In this document: positions 1 through 11,000 of the stretch, one piece after another
Layout: every line of letters starts with the position of its first letter
How positions within the stretch are numbered: the stretch's first letter is position 1
DNA from: an uncultured delta proteobacterium
GTDB lineage: Bacteria > Myxococcota > UBA727 > VGSZ01
Assembly: GCA_963775425.1 (NCBI GenBank)
Contig: CAVZJB010000011.1
Location: 288,001 to 352,000, forward strand
Direction: 5' to 3'
DNA length: 64,000 bases
Notes under the pieces: generated by a model
What the model was told of the DNA's origin: nothing
Database searches by the model: none
What the model saw: only the letters and a program-made list of their open reading frames with translations
Made by a program: the position numbers and the translations under genes

Positions 1-1
1 C

Positions 2-541
2 GGCGAGGAGATGTCGCTCGAGACCGGCCTCGCCGTCCTCGACGACCTCGCGCGCCGCGGGGTCTTCACCGTCGCCTTCGGCGGCGGCGAGCCGCTGCTG
101 CACCCGCATGTGCTCACCCTCGCGCGCCACGCCAAGGCCCGCGGCCTGAACGTCACCATGACGACGTCGGGCGTCGGCCTGCCCGCGGCCGTCGACGCGC
201 TCGCGGTCTTCGACGCCATCCACGTGAGCCTCGCACCCTGCGGCGTCCCCGCCCTCGAGCGCCTCGCCCCCGTCCACCCGCGCGTGGGCGTGAACGTCCT
301 CGTGACGCGCGACACGGACTACGCCGCCGTCGCCGCGCTCGCCCGCCGCCTGAAGCTCCACGCCGTGCGCCTGCTGCGGCTGCGCCCGGAGGGCCGTGCG
401 CTCGGCATCGTCGACGACGCGGCGCCCGATATGCGCCTCCTCGCGGGCCTGCGCGTCATCGTCGACAGCCCGCGTCCGGGGGCGATGTGCACCGTCGACC
501 CGGCCGGGATGTGGATATCCGGATCCGATCCCGGCCGCTAA
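2..541 (+). CDS. Radical SAM protein (PqqE/MoaA-like), 5'-partial; C-terminal SPASM/twitch region looks truncated
   Basis: Frame open from window edge; VAFGGGEPLLHP and VTMTTSG motifs typical of radical SAM barrels. CxxxCxxC is not in the window (presumably upstream). Confidence 0.7.
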   Translation, partial: GEEMSLETGLAVLDDLARRGVFTVAFGGGEPLLHPHVLTLARHAKARGLNVTMTTSGVGLPAAVDALAVFDAIHVSLAPCGVPALERLAPVHPRVGVNVLVTRDTDYAAVAALARRLKLHAVRLLRLRPEGRALGIVDDAAPDMRLLAGLRVIVDSPRPGAMCTVDPAGMWISGSDPGR

Positions 542-552
542 AAGCCCGCGAG

Positions 553-1932
553 ATGCTGCGCGCTCTCCCGCTCCTCCTCGCCGCCCTCGTCGCCGGCGGC
601 TGCACGATCATCACCATCGTTCGCCATCACCACCACGCGGGCGCGGGCGCGGACGCCGGGCCCGGCAGCGAGTGCACCCCGTGCCTCTCCGCCGACGACT
701 GCACCGACGGCTCCTGTGTGCAGATCGGCAGCGACGACTTCTGCGCCGGCTCCTGCGAGAGCGACGCCGACTGCGCCGACGGCGAGACCTGCAACTCCGC
801 CGTGTCCTCGAGCGGCGCCGACGTGCAGGTGTGCGTCCCGACCTCGGGCACCTGCGGCGACCAGGGCGGTTGCGACTGCGCCGCCGGCGAGGTCTGCGAT
901 CCCACCACCGGCAGTTGCGTCGTCCCGCCCGACAACGGCTGCGGCTCCCTCGTGCCACCGGACGGCGTCGCCGGCTGCCACTCCTGCGGCAGCGGCGACT
1001 GCCAGGCCAACGGCTGCTTCGGCGGCTGGTTTTGCGACACCGACGGCAACCACTGCCGCCCCCCGCCCGACGGCTGCGGCGAAGAGGTCTTCGACGTCCC
1101 CGACGCCGGCCCCATCACCGGCTCGGTGACCGCGCAGGGCGGCACCGTGAACCGCCTGTTCTTCGCCGTCGTCGGCGACACGCGCCCGCCGGACGTCAAC
1201 CAGACCGACCAGTACCCCACCGACGTCATCGAGCAGATCTACGACGACATCGACAGCCTCGACCCCAAGCCGCAGTTCGTCCTCACCACGGGCGACTACA
1301 TGTTCGCGTCGAAGAACGGCTCCCAGGGCGCGCTGCAGATCGCCAAGTACGCCACCGCCGCCGCCCGCTTCCACGGCGGGCCGGTGCTGCCCACGCTCGG
1401 CAACCACGAGTGCACCGGCTACACGCGCGACAATTGCGCGACGACGACGACGCACAACCTCACGGCGTTCCGCCAGACCCTCGTCGACCCGCTCGGCCTC
1501 GACCTCTATTACGTCGTGCCTGTCACGGGGCCCGACTGGACCGCCAAGCTGGTCGTCACCGCCTGCAACGCGTGGGACGCCACGCAGAAGAATTGGCTCG
1601 AGGACCAGCTCGCGTCGCCGACGACGTACACGATCGTCGTGCGCCACGAGCCCTCGAGCGCCGACACCGCCCCCTGCGTCACCGAGATGGATGACGTCCT
1701 GCAGACGGCGCCCTACGACCTCCTCCTGGTCGGGCACACCCACACGTTCTCGCATACGGGCAAGCAGGTCGTCGTCGGGAACGGCGGCGCCCCTCTCACC
1801 GGGAGCGCGCCCTACGGCTTCGCGACCGTGGAGCTGATCCCCGGCACCGGCTTTCGGATCAGCGAGCTGGACGCGAGCACCAACGCCCCGATCCGGACCT
1901 TCGTCCTCGCCGGCGCCCCGTCAGGCGGCTAA
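553..1932 (+). CDS. Lipoprotein with Cys-rich N-terminal region and calcineurin-like metallophosphoesterase domain
   Basis: ATG 553; signal and lipobox (LVAGGC); about 22 Cys in the N-terminal ~140 aa; MPP motifs VVGDTR, TTGDY, LGNHE, VRHEP, VGHTH. Confidence 0.85.
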   Translation: MLRALPLLLAALVAGGCTIITIVRHHHHAGAGADAGPGSECTPCLSADDCTDGSCVQIGSDDFCAGSCESDADCADGETCNSAVSSSGADVQVCVPTSGTCGDQGGCDCAAGEVCDPTTGSCVVPPDNGCGSLVPPDGVAGCHSCGSGDCQANGCFGGWFCDTDGNHCRPPPDGCGEEVFDVPDAGPITGSVTAQGGTVNRLFFAVVGDTRPPDVNQTDQYPTDVIEQIYDDIDSLDPKPQFVLTTGDYMFASKNGSQGALQIAKYATAAARFHGGPVLPTLGNHECTGYTRDNCATTTTHNLTAFRQTLVDPLGLDLYYVVPVTGPDWTAKLVVTACNAWDATQKNWLEDQLASPTTYTIVVRHEPSSADTAPCVTEMDDVLQTAPYDLLLVGHTHTFSHTGKQVVVGNGGAPLTGSAPYGFATVELIPGTGFRISELDASTNAPIRTFVLAGAPSGG

Positions 1933-2027
1933 CGGCCGGGGCGATCGCCGGGAGATCGGCTCCGAGGACACTGTGAGGCGTTCTGCCTTTTCAGGGATTT
2001 AGACCCGAGCGGCGACGCCGGTCACTT

Positions 2028-2043
2028 TGGCCCATCCATTGCT
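2028..2043 (+). promoter_or_regulatory. Sigma54 (-24/-12) promoter candidate
   Basis: TGGCCCATCCATTGCT: GG at 2029-2030 and GC at 2041-2042 with the canonical 10-nt separation, in an AT-richer intergenic region about 80 nt upstream of ATG 2125. Confidence 0.65.
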
Positions 2044-2124
2044 CGCATGGGGCGATTACCCGTCTACAAGTGTGCTTGGGTGTGCCATATGCGTACATCC
2101 CGTGATCTCGGAGAGGTCCCCCTG

Positions 2125-3465
2125 ATGCGCAAGACTCCCCCCGTTCTCCTGCTCGCCCTTGCCTTGGCAAGCGCAACTGGAGCGCGCGCAACCACCGACG
2201 ACCCCCAGAAGAACCAGCAACCGAAGAAGGACAATCCCGGCTTGCTGGCCGACGGCGAAGCCCCCGTCCTGGCGCCGGCGGCGCAGGCGGCGGCGGCCCC
2301 CTCGGCGGCCCCCTCGGCGATGGCGGCCCCCTCGGCGATGGCGTCGGCGGGCACGCCGATGGCGAGCGCGCCGGTGGCGCAGGTCGGTGACGACGCGGGC
2401 AAGGACAAGAAGAACAAGTTCCCCCTCAGCGGCGGCGTGAGCATCGAAAACGCCTTCGGCGAGGGCTTCCTCGGCAACCAGGGCAACGGCGTCGACGTCC
2501 CGGTCCAGGGCAGCCAGCAGAACCTCCACTTCGCGCCCGCGCAGGCGGAGCCGTTGTGGAGCACCTCGCTCGGGCTGCACGGCAGCGCGGCGCTGCCCAA
2601 GGCCGACTGGATGCCGAGCAAGATCGGCCTCTCCACCGGCATGAGCCTCAACATCGCCAATTGGCTCCCCGCCTACTCGAACGGCACCGCCTTCGAGCGC
2701 GAGATCCAGGTGAGCGACATCAGGGTCGGCGCCTCCATGGGCCAGGCGTTCAAGGAAGAGTTCACGGGCATCACCGCGTCGCCGCACATCTCGGCGCGCC
2801 TGCCCATCTCGCTCGGCTCGCGGCAGCGCAGCCTGCTCACCTCGGCGTCCGTCGGCCTCGGCATCGGCTGGACCAGCCCCGAGTGGAGCTGGGGCCAGAT
2901 CGGCGTCGACTACAGCCCCGCCGTCGCGTTCAACCTCTACTACGGCGCCGCCACCACGGTCCCCGGCGTCGGCGACGCCGCCGTCGGCAACAACGTTCCG
3001 ACGGACCCGGTCACGGGCGCCACGCTGCCCATCGCGTACTGCCGCACCACCGAGCAGCTCGCGGCCACCGGCGAGTGCGAGCTGGGCGGCCGCCGCGGCC
3101 TCGCCAGCATCCAGAACTCGCTGAGCGCGTCGTGGAGCCTCGGCAACCACAGCGTCAGCGTCGGCCTCGGCTTCAGCCACGGCTTCCTCGCGCCGCTCTC
3201 CAACCACCCGGAGCTGTCGTCGCAGAACGCTTCCGGTCAGAACTTCAGCGAGTCGAGCAACGGCAGCATCGGCTACAGCTACAACCTGCCCGCTGACCTC
3301 ACGGGCGCCGCCCACGTGAGCCTCAGCGTCGGCCTTGGCGGCGGAGGGCCCGCGTGGTTCACCGCGGACGACGGCAACCAATACCTCCGCTTCCCCTTCT
3401 GGAACTTCGGAACTCCGAAAACCAACATGAGCTCCGCCTCTTTCGGCATCAGCGTCGGCATCTGA
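2125..3465 (+). CDS. Secreted protein, probable outer-membrane beta-barrel of unknown family (446 aa)
   Basis: RBS GGAGAGG then ATG 2125; Sec signal (MRKTPPVLLLALALASATGARA); Ala/Pro/Ser linker; many alternating amphipathic strands (LSGGVSIENAFG, ASVGLGIGWTS, SVSVGLGFSHG); C-terminal strand SASFGISVGI. Confidence 0.7.
   Translation: MRKTPPVLLLALALASATGARATTDDPQKNQQPKKDNPGLLADGEAPVLAPAAQAAAAPSAAPSAMAAPSAMASAGTPMASAPVAQVGDDAGKDKKNKFPLSGGVSIENAFGEGFLGNQGNGVDVPVQGSQQNLHFAPAQAEPLWSTSLGLHGSAALPKADWMPSKIGLSTGMSLNIANWLPAYSNGTAFEREIQVSDIRVGASMGQAFKEEFTGITASPHISARLPISLGSRQRSLLTSASVGLGIGWTSPEWSWGQIGVDYSPAVAFNLYYGAATTVPGVGDAAVGNNVPTDPVTGATLPIAYCRTTEQLAATGECELGGRRGLASIQNSLSASWSLGNHSVSVGLGFSHGFLAPLSNHPELSSQNASGQNFSESSNGSIGYSYNLPADLTGAAHVSLSVGLGGGGPAWFTADDGNQYLRFPFWNFGTPKTNMSSASFGISVGI
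2293..2340 (+). repeat. Short coding tandem repeat, GCGGCCCCCTCG x3 (AAPS/AAPSAM linker)
   Basis: Copies at 2293-2304, 2305-2316 and 2323-2334. Confidence 0.8.
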
Positions 3466-3479
3466 GGAGAAATCACCGT

Positions 3480-6400
3480 ATGCGTACCCTCTCCATTCCT
3501 CTCCTGGCGGTCGTCGCCATCGTCGCCCTCGGCGGGTCGTGCTCGTATCGCAATCCGACGCTCAATCGGATCGTGGACCCCTACTGGAAGAAGGCGGACT
3601 TCACCGCGGCAAACGAGTGGTACTACCGCACCACCGTCGTCGACGCTCCGCCGGAGTCCGGCTTCATCTCGGTCGCCGACGGCGACTGGCTGATGCTCGA
3701 GAAGATCCGCTGGGAGGTCACCGAGAACATGCTCATCGGGTGGCGCAGCTACCCCGTGGTTCCCGGCAGCGACCTCGACAACTACCCAGGCTCCGACGAT
3801 GTCTACAAGGGTGAGCCGGTGGCGATGTTCCGCATCACCGACCACTTCGACATCAAGCAGGGCTTCGACCCGGGCACCGGGGAGAAGACCAACCAGATCG
3901 TCGAGAACCACGACCGCCAGTGGTTCGACCGCGCCTACTTCCGCGTGAACTGGTCGGTGAACCTCGTCCCCACCTACAAGTTCCACATCGAGCTCACCCA
4001 GATCTTCAACGACTACGCCGTCCAGCAGAACGACCCGGGCGACCCCAAGCGCTGGCGCTTCGAGGACGACGACAAGGGCAACCTCGATTACTTCGAGATC
4101 ACCGACCGCACGCAGGTGATGCCCGACATCTACTCGTACTTCGGCTTCTACGGCGTGCCCTACCAGGGCGACACCTCCGGCGCCCTCATCGACATGCGCC
4201 ACAGCTTCATGCGCGTGCCGGCCTCCGACTACCAGCCGCTGCCCATGCCGCCGTCCGTCGTGCTCGAGGACGCCGACGGCAACGAGGTGCGTGACAGCAA
4301 GGGCTTCGCGGTGCGCGTGCCCATCAACGACCGCTTCGGCTTCTTCGGCACCCTCGGCCGCAACACCTTCGACGAGAACCGCGGCATCGTGCAGTCGGGC
4401 CAGATCTTCAACGCGTCGCGCTTCAACATCTGGAAGCACCACAAGAACCCCGACGGCACCATCATCCCGACGGACCAGCGCGAGCCCAAGCCCATCATCT
4501 ACTACACCAACGTCGAGCACCCCGAGGCGCTCATGCACGGCAGCCAGCGCGTGGCCGACGAGTGGAACCGGGCCTTCCGCGACACCATCTGGAAGCTGCA
4601 GCCCAACAAGTACAGCGGCGAGATCGACGCGACGGGCATCCCGAGCGACGTGCCGCAGATGTTCATCCTCAAGCGGAACGACTGCAACTTCGACAACGTG
4701 AAGAGCCACCTCGACGGGCTGTCGTCCGACCTCAGGAAGCAGATCGCGGGCGACGCCGTCCGCAAGAGCTTCAACCCCGAAGTGGTTCCGTTCGACGGCA
4801 CGCTCGCGGACGCCAAGGCGCGCTTCGACGAGGCCAACGATCCGAACAACACCGCGCCGTTCACCTCGCGCCAGTCGGAGGAGACCCAGGCCCTCAACGA
4901 CCTCGAGCGCATCTGCTCCGCGCTCGAGTACGTCACCGGCGGGGACCCCACCCTCGGCATCGCGCCGGCCACCAAGGACGACGGCACGCCCGTCGCGCCG
5001 TTCAGCTACGAGCGCCTCGGTGACACGCGCTACTCGATGCTCGACCTCATCGTCGGCAACTTCCAGTCCGGCTGGGTCGGCCTCGGGCCGCCGTACTCCG
5101 ATCCGATCACCGGTGAGACCATCTCGGGTACCGCCAACATCGCCGTCTCCGGCCTCGACCGCATGGCGGCCCGCGCCGCCGAGTACGTCGGCATCATCAA
5201 CGGCGAGGTCTCGCCCACCGACCTCACCTTCGGCTTCGACATCGACCGCTACATGAAGCAGAAGCTGCTCGAGACCAACGCGCTGACCTCCCTCAAGCCG
5301 GACAACCGCGCCAAGGAGCAGCTCCACACCTACTTCAACGCTCTCAAGCAGCGTGGTGGTGGCGACGTGATGGCCAACGCCGTCGGCGAGGTCCCGCCGG
5401 GCCGCTTCGACTCGCAGGCCTCCAAGCTCGTGGGCACCGATCTCGAGCAGAAGCTCATCACGCCGGACGACCTCATCGCCTTCGGCAAGGTCGACCCCCT
5501 CGCCGCCGACGGCGCCGCCCTCGACGACAGCATGATGAACGCGGTCTCGCCGCTGCGCGGCAACAACCTGCTCAAGAACCTCATCGAGAAGAACCGCCGG
5601 ATGGTGAACATGGGCATGCGCGCCATGGATCCGCCGGAGTTCATCGACGACCTCCTCATCGGCCAGGCCATCAAGTACCGCGACCTGCCGTACAACGAGC
5701 GCTTCAACCGCCTGCGCGAAGACATCTACGTCGCCATCGCGCTCCACGAGGTCGGCCACACCACGGGCCTGTTCCACAACATGGCCGGCACGTCGGACGC
5801 CCTGAACTACGGCACCGCGTTCTGGAACATCCAGAAGCTGCCGGCCGACATGGAGGACGCCATCACCGCCCTCGCCGGCGCCAGCGACCCGCGCTCGCAG
5901 GACGAGCTCACGGCGCTGCAGCGCTGCGTGGACGCGGTCAACGAGATCGGCTCCACCGGCGCCACGAGCACGTTGCCGCCCGAGGCCCTGCAGATGAACA
6001 CGCAGGACTGCCTCGAGCAGGAAGAGACCATGTACTCGTCCATCATGGACTACCAGGCCAACTGGACGAACAACTCGGACTTCGGTGGCCTCGGTCCGTA
6101 TGACCTCGCCGCCAACAAGTTCGCGTACGGCCAGCTCCTCGAAGTGTTCAACGACGGCGCGCTCAACCAGACGTCGGATACGCGCTCCATCAAGCGCCGC
6201 ATCTTCCTGAACGGCTGGGAGAACATCGCGCAGGACGTGACGCTCCCCGACGGCACCGTGGCGCCCAAGATCGTCAACGGCATCGACGAGATCTACGACC
6301 GCACCTACGTGAAGATGGACTGGAACACGTCGTCGACGCGCCAGGCCCCGCTCCCGAACGAGGTGCCCTACAAGTTCGGCTGGGGCGCGGGTTACACGCC

Positions 6401-8042
6401 TGACGAGAAGCCGTTCGACTTCGGTCCGGACTTCCGCACCAACGCGAAGAACGAGATCACGCGCTACTTCCAGCACTACTTCTTCACGCACTTCATGCGT
6501 GATCACCTCAACGACTACTTCAGCAACGGTGAGACGAGCGCGCTCAACAGCGACCTGCAGACGATGCTCGACTTCACCGAGAAGATGCAGTGGCTGTTCT
6601 TCTTCGAGGCCACCGACCCCGACTTCCCCGGCAGCCACGCCGAGGATGACCTCCTGGGTGCGACCATCACGGGCCTCAACCTCTTCGGCAAGATCGTCGG
6701 TCACCCCGCCAACGGGCAGTACGTGACGGCGCAGAAGGCGGACATCTTCGGTCTGCTCGACCTGCCGACGGACCAGCGCAACCAGGAGCCGTCCGACATC
6801 GCGTTGCCGTACTCCAACCTCGGTCGCTGCTCGGCGCGCCAGGTGGCCATCACCGGCGCCACCGTGGCCACCCCGGACATCTGCTTGCAGGACTCCGACT
6901 GCAGCGACGCGACCAAGGGCCGCCCGGACATCTGCGGTCCCGACGGGCACACCTGCGTTTGCGACGTCGCGCACAACACCTGCATCGACACCCAGGACCC
7001 GACGGACGGCATCTTCGTGAGGCCCAAGCCGGGCTACAACGCCACGGTGGTGCCGCAGTCGGAGGGCCGGCCCTTCTTCCTCGGCTTCACCGACGACTAC
7101 GAGGACTGGTACGTGACCTACGTCGGCACGTTCTGGACGAAGATCTACGCGCTCGACCTGCTCGGCTACAACAACGCGTTCTTCCCGCGCGCGGACTTCT
7201 ACGCGGACCCGCGGATCTACGACGTGAGCTGGTACCGGCTGTTCCCCAAGCAGGTGAGCAAGATCTTCTACGACTTCATCACCGACAAGGTGCAGGACCT
7301 CGGCCCCACCATCGACGCCGACGGCAACTACGTCTCGCGTGACCTGTTGAACGCGGACCTCACGGAGCCGGATTACTCGGGCAACACCAAGATCATGCCG
7401 AGCATCTCGTTCAGCCAGCAGTACTACGCGCTCATCTGGGCCAACCTCTGGATGAACTCGCCCACGGACGACACCCTCGACCTTCCGAAGTCGATGAAGG
7501 TGGCCCTCCAGGGCGGCAACGACGACACCAGCGCGTTCGACTCGGCCATCTCCCAGAGCTGCGGCGCCGCCTCCGACCCGAGCGCGGACGTCGACGGCAA
7601 CGGAGTGCGCGACTGCGAGGAGGCCGTGGTGGCCACCTTCACCCACCCGATCAGCGGCCTCACCTACCGGGGCCTCAAGGTCGGCGACAACCCCATCGCC
7701 TACGACCTGGTCAAGCGCTTGAACCTGCTGAAGGATCGCTTCCAGCACCTGGACGCGTGTGACGCCGACATGCAGGCGGACCTCGCGGACGACGGCGACC
7801 CGACCAACGTGTCGGCCGGAGGCGGCCTGCACCAGAGCGACCCGTACTGCGCATGCATCGACAACTACGTCGACTACGTGAGCGGCGACTGCACGCGGCA
7901 GTCGGTCGAGACCGTGGGCAGCGGCCTGTGCCAGCCCTACGTGCTCGACAATCGTCGCGACTCGGCGCGCGAAATCATGGATGACCTCGTCGACTACGTC
8001 GGGGATCTCCGTTCCCTCAACAAATACCTCGGCTGGTACTGA
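3480..8042 (+). CDS. Large zinc-dependent metalloprotease lipoprotein (metzincin, EcxA-like), paralog 1 (1520 aa)
   Basis: RBS GAGGAG then ATG 3480; lipobox (ALGGSC); HEVGHTTGLFHN at 5745-5780; Met-turn SSIMDY; Cys-rich inserts and DVDGNGVRD near the C-terminus. Confidence 0.85.
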   Translation: MRTLSIPLLAVVAIVALGGSCSYRNPTLNRIVDPYWKKADFTAANEWYYRTTVVDAPPESGFISVADGDWLMLEKIRWEVTENMLIGWRSYPVVPGSDLDNYPGSDDVYKGEPVAMFRITDHFDIKQGFDPGTGEKTNQIVENHDRQWFDRAYFRVNWSVNLVPTYKFHIELTQIFNDYAVQQNDPGDPKRWRFEDDDKGNLDYFEITDRTQVMPDIYSYFGFYGVPYQGDTSGALIDMRHSFMRVPASDYQPLPMPPSVVLEDADGNEVRDSKGFAVRVPINDRFGFFGTLGRNTFDENRGIVQSGQIFNASRFNIWKHHKNPDGTIIPTDQREPKPIIYYTNVEHPEALMHGSQRVADEWNRAFRDTIWKLQPNKYSGEIDATGIPSDVPQMFILKRNDCNFDNVKSHLDGLSSDLRKQIAGDAVRKSFNPEVVPFDGTLADAKARFDEANDPNNTAPFTSRQSEETQALNDLERICSALEYVTGGDPTLGIAPATKDDGTPVAPFSYERLGDTRYSMLDLIVGNFQSGWVGLGPPYSDPITGETISGTANIAVSGLDRMAARAAEYVGIINGEVSPTDLTFGFDIDRYMKQKLLETNALTSLKPDNRAKEQLHTYFNALKQRGGGDVMANAVGEVPPGRFDSQASKLVGTDLEQKLITPDDLIAFGKVDPLAADGAALDDSMMNAVSPLRGNNLLKNLIEKNRRMVNMGMRAMDPPEFIDDLLIGQAIKYRDLPYNERFNRLREDIYVAIALHEVGHTTGLFHNMAGTSDALNYGTAFWNIQKLPADMEDAITALAGASDPRSQDELTALQRCVDAVNEIGSTGATSTLPPEALQMNTQDCLEQEETMYSSIMDYQANWTNNSDFGGLGPYDLAANKFAYGQLLEVFNDGALNQTSDTRSIKRRIFLNGWENIAQDVTLPDGTVAPKIVNGIDEIYDRTYVKMDWNTSSTRQAPLPNEVPYKFGWGAGYTPDEKPFDFGPDFRTNAKNEITRYFQHYFFTHFMRDHLNDYFSNGETSALNSDLQTMLDFTEKMQWLFFFEATDPDFPGSHAEDDLLGATITGLNLFGKIVGHPANGQYVTAQKADIFGLLDLPTDQRNQEPSDIALPYSNLGRCSARQVAITGATVATPDICLQDSDCSDATKGRPDICGPDGHTCVCDVAHNTCIDTQDPTDGIFVRPKPGYNATVVPQSEGRPFFLGFTDDYEDWYVTYVGTFWTKIYALDLLGYNNAFFPRADFYADPRIYDVSWYRLFPKQVSKIFYDFITDKVQDLGPTIDADGNYVSRDLLNADLTEPDYSGNTKIMPSISFSQQYYALIWANLWMNSPTDDTLDLPKSMKVALQGGNDDTSAFDSAISQSCGAASDPSADVDGNGVRDCEEAVVATFTHPISGLTYRGLKVGDNPIAYDLVKRLNLLKDRFQHLDACDADMQADLADDGDPTNVSAGGGLHQSDPYCACIDNYVDYVSGDCTRQSVETVGSGLCQPYVLDNRRDSAREIMDDLVDYVGDLRSLNKYLGWY

Positions 8043-8056
8043 GAAGGAGGCGAGCC

Positions 8057-11000
8057 ATGAAAAACAACACCTCCTTCGGCACCAACGGAGCCAACACCAT
8101 GAACCGCAACGTCAAGACGCTCGCCGTTTCGCTGCTCGGGGCCGCCGCCATGTGCGGCGCCCTGGCCACCGCAGGCTGCGGCGAAGCCATCGACATCAAC
8201 CACGTCGGTCCCAACGTCGTGGACAAGAAGATCTTCGACGGTGAGTGGTATTTCCGCACCACCGTCGTCGACAAGCAGGCCAACGACGTCACGACCATCC
8301 TGGGTGACCAGGGCGGCCTCGAGCGCATCCGTTGGGAGATCACCGAGGGCTTCCTGATCGCCCACCGCTCCTATGAGCGCGTCCCGGGCACGGACCCGTC
8401 GAACCCCGGTGACGGCAACGTCATCGCGATGTTCGGCATCAAGAAGCACTTCGACATCAAGCGCGGGTACAACCCGACCAACGGTGTCGAGACCAACGTC
8501 ATCGAGGAGAACGACTTCGACCGCCCGTGGTGGCAGCGCGATTACATGCGCGTCGACTGGTCGCGCAACCTCGCCGACACCTTCGACGTGAGCTCCTCGC
8601 TGTGGGAGGGCGCCACCGTCACCCACAACGCGAACAACGATCCGACGTATCCGTACAAGCTGCGCATCACGCCGGACTACATCGAGACCACGCTCGACAC
8701 GATCCAGCAGCCCGATCCGTACGTCTGCTACTACCTGGACGGCGTCTCGCCCTGCAACGGCGCGGCCGTCAAGATGAAGCTGTCGTTCCGCAAGATCGAC
8801 CCGAGCGACGACTACGTCCCGCTCGACTACCCCGACTTCACCACGCCCCAGGTCGGCAACCTCCACCGCTTCGACGACGACGCCCCGATCTTCGCCTCGC
8901 TGCAGGATTCGCAGGGCCGGTTCGTGCCGCGTCTGTGCACCTCCGACGAGGTCGGGCCCGAGGGCACCGCCGAGTTCGACGTGGTCGTGCAGAACGGCAA
9001 CACCCGCATGTGCAACCCCGACCCGTTCACGGGCGACGCCGTCAACGGCATCGACTGCGAGACCATCGAGGCCAAGTGCGAGGGCATGGAGCCGCTCTCC
9101 TTCACCGCCGGCCCCGAGGACGTGAGCATCCCCTGCAACACGGCCGTGAGCGACCCGGACAGCTGCTTCCAGTTCACCATCCCGCTGTTCCAGCGCTTCG
9201 GCTTCTTCCGCACCGACCGCTTCGTGTACGACCGCGAGAACGGCAACACGCTGGCCGGCCGCGAGCGCCTGATCAACCGCTGGAACATCTGGAAGAAGAG
9301 CCGCGCCGACGACGGGACCATCCTCCCCGAGAGCGCGCGTGAGACGAAGCCGATCGTCTACTACCTCAACGTGGGCTTCCCGCCGGACATGCTCCCGGCC
9401 GCCACGGAGCTCCAGAACGAGTGGAACACGGTGTTCCAGTCCACGGTGGCGTCTGCGCAGGGCAAGCACGTCGCGGACGTGACCCAGCAGATGTTCGAGA
9501 TCCGCCAGAACGACTGCAACATCGACCACGTCAACCAGTTCGCCAAGGACCACGACCTCACCAACGCGCTGCACGACAACGGGATCATGGAGGTCGCCTT
9601 CGGCAACCTCGAGCAGTCCTGCGCGGTGCTCGAGGACGCCACCCAGAAGCAGCACGCGCTCGACCCGAGCGTCGAGGTGTTCACCTGGGAGCAGCTCGGC
9701 GACCTTCGCTACAGCTTCGTCGACTGGGTGCTTCGCCCCGAGTTCGGCGCCGGCGGCCTCCTCGGCTTCGGCCCGTCTTCGGCGGACCCGCAGACCGGTG
9801 AGATCGTCAGCGGCGTGGCCAACATCTACGGCGCCAACATCGACACCTACGCCAACTGGGGCGCCGACATCGTCGACCTCTTGAACGGCAAGATCACCGA
9901 GGGCGACATCATCAACGGCACGCAGATCCGCGAGCACGTCGAGGCGGTCCGCAACCGCTGGAGCAAGAAGATCCCGGACGCCCAGGTCACGGGCTTCGAG
10001 CGCCTCTTCGATCAGCGCACGCGCTCCATGAGCGACGACCAGTACCTCAAGCCCATGCCCCTCACGGCCGTGAACGCCAACTTCGACAAGCTCGCCAACA
10101 GCGGCATCGAGGAGCAGTACCTCGTCACCAACGAGATGCTGAAGATGTTCGGCCAGGACTACGAGGCGCAGAGCCAGGGCCGCATCACCGACAAGATGAT
10201 GCACAACGCCAAGCCCTCGACCTGGCTGCGCACCACGGTGCCGCAGCTCGCGTACGACTCGCAGACGGGTCTCAACAACGACGACCCGAACGCGATGATG
10301 CGCGACTCGCACGTGATCGGCCTCGCCGGCAAGTTCGACTCGTTCGCCGACTACCTCGGCCGCAGCAATCACTGCTACCTCGCGGGCCAGGTGGAGCCGG
10401 CCGTCGCCGACCTCGCGGCGTCGCTGAAGGAAGAGAACCTCTCGCGCGAAGAGCTGGTGAAGAAGATTCGCGAGAACATCTTCATCGCCGTCACTGCGCA
10501 CGAGCTCGGGCACACGTTCGGCCTGCGGCACAACTTCGAAGGCTCGGCCGACCCGCTGAACTTCTTCCCGCAGTTCTGGGACGTCGACGCCACTGCGCTT
10601 GACGCGGACCACCAGCACGAGCTCAGCAAGTCACCGCGCAAGAGCGAGCAGCAGTACTCGTCGATCATGGACTACCACCAGCGCTTCAACAGCGACTGGG
10701 GCGGTCTCGGCCTCTACGACGAGGCGGCCATCAAGTTCGGCTACGCGCAGCGCGTCGAGATCTTCGACGAGGGTCAGACCAACGGGAACTTCGTCTCCCG
10801 CGACTGGATCAACTCGTTGTTCATCCTCGACCCGTACTCGCTGCCGTACCTCGTCGGCGGTCAGACGGACGCGGCCACCGGCGGCTCCACCGCCGACGAC
10901 AAGATTGGCCACGCCTACACCGACACGCTCAACCGCTACGAGAACGGGGACGAGTACACGGTGCTCGACATCCCGAACGAGTCGGGCCTGCGCCCGCACC

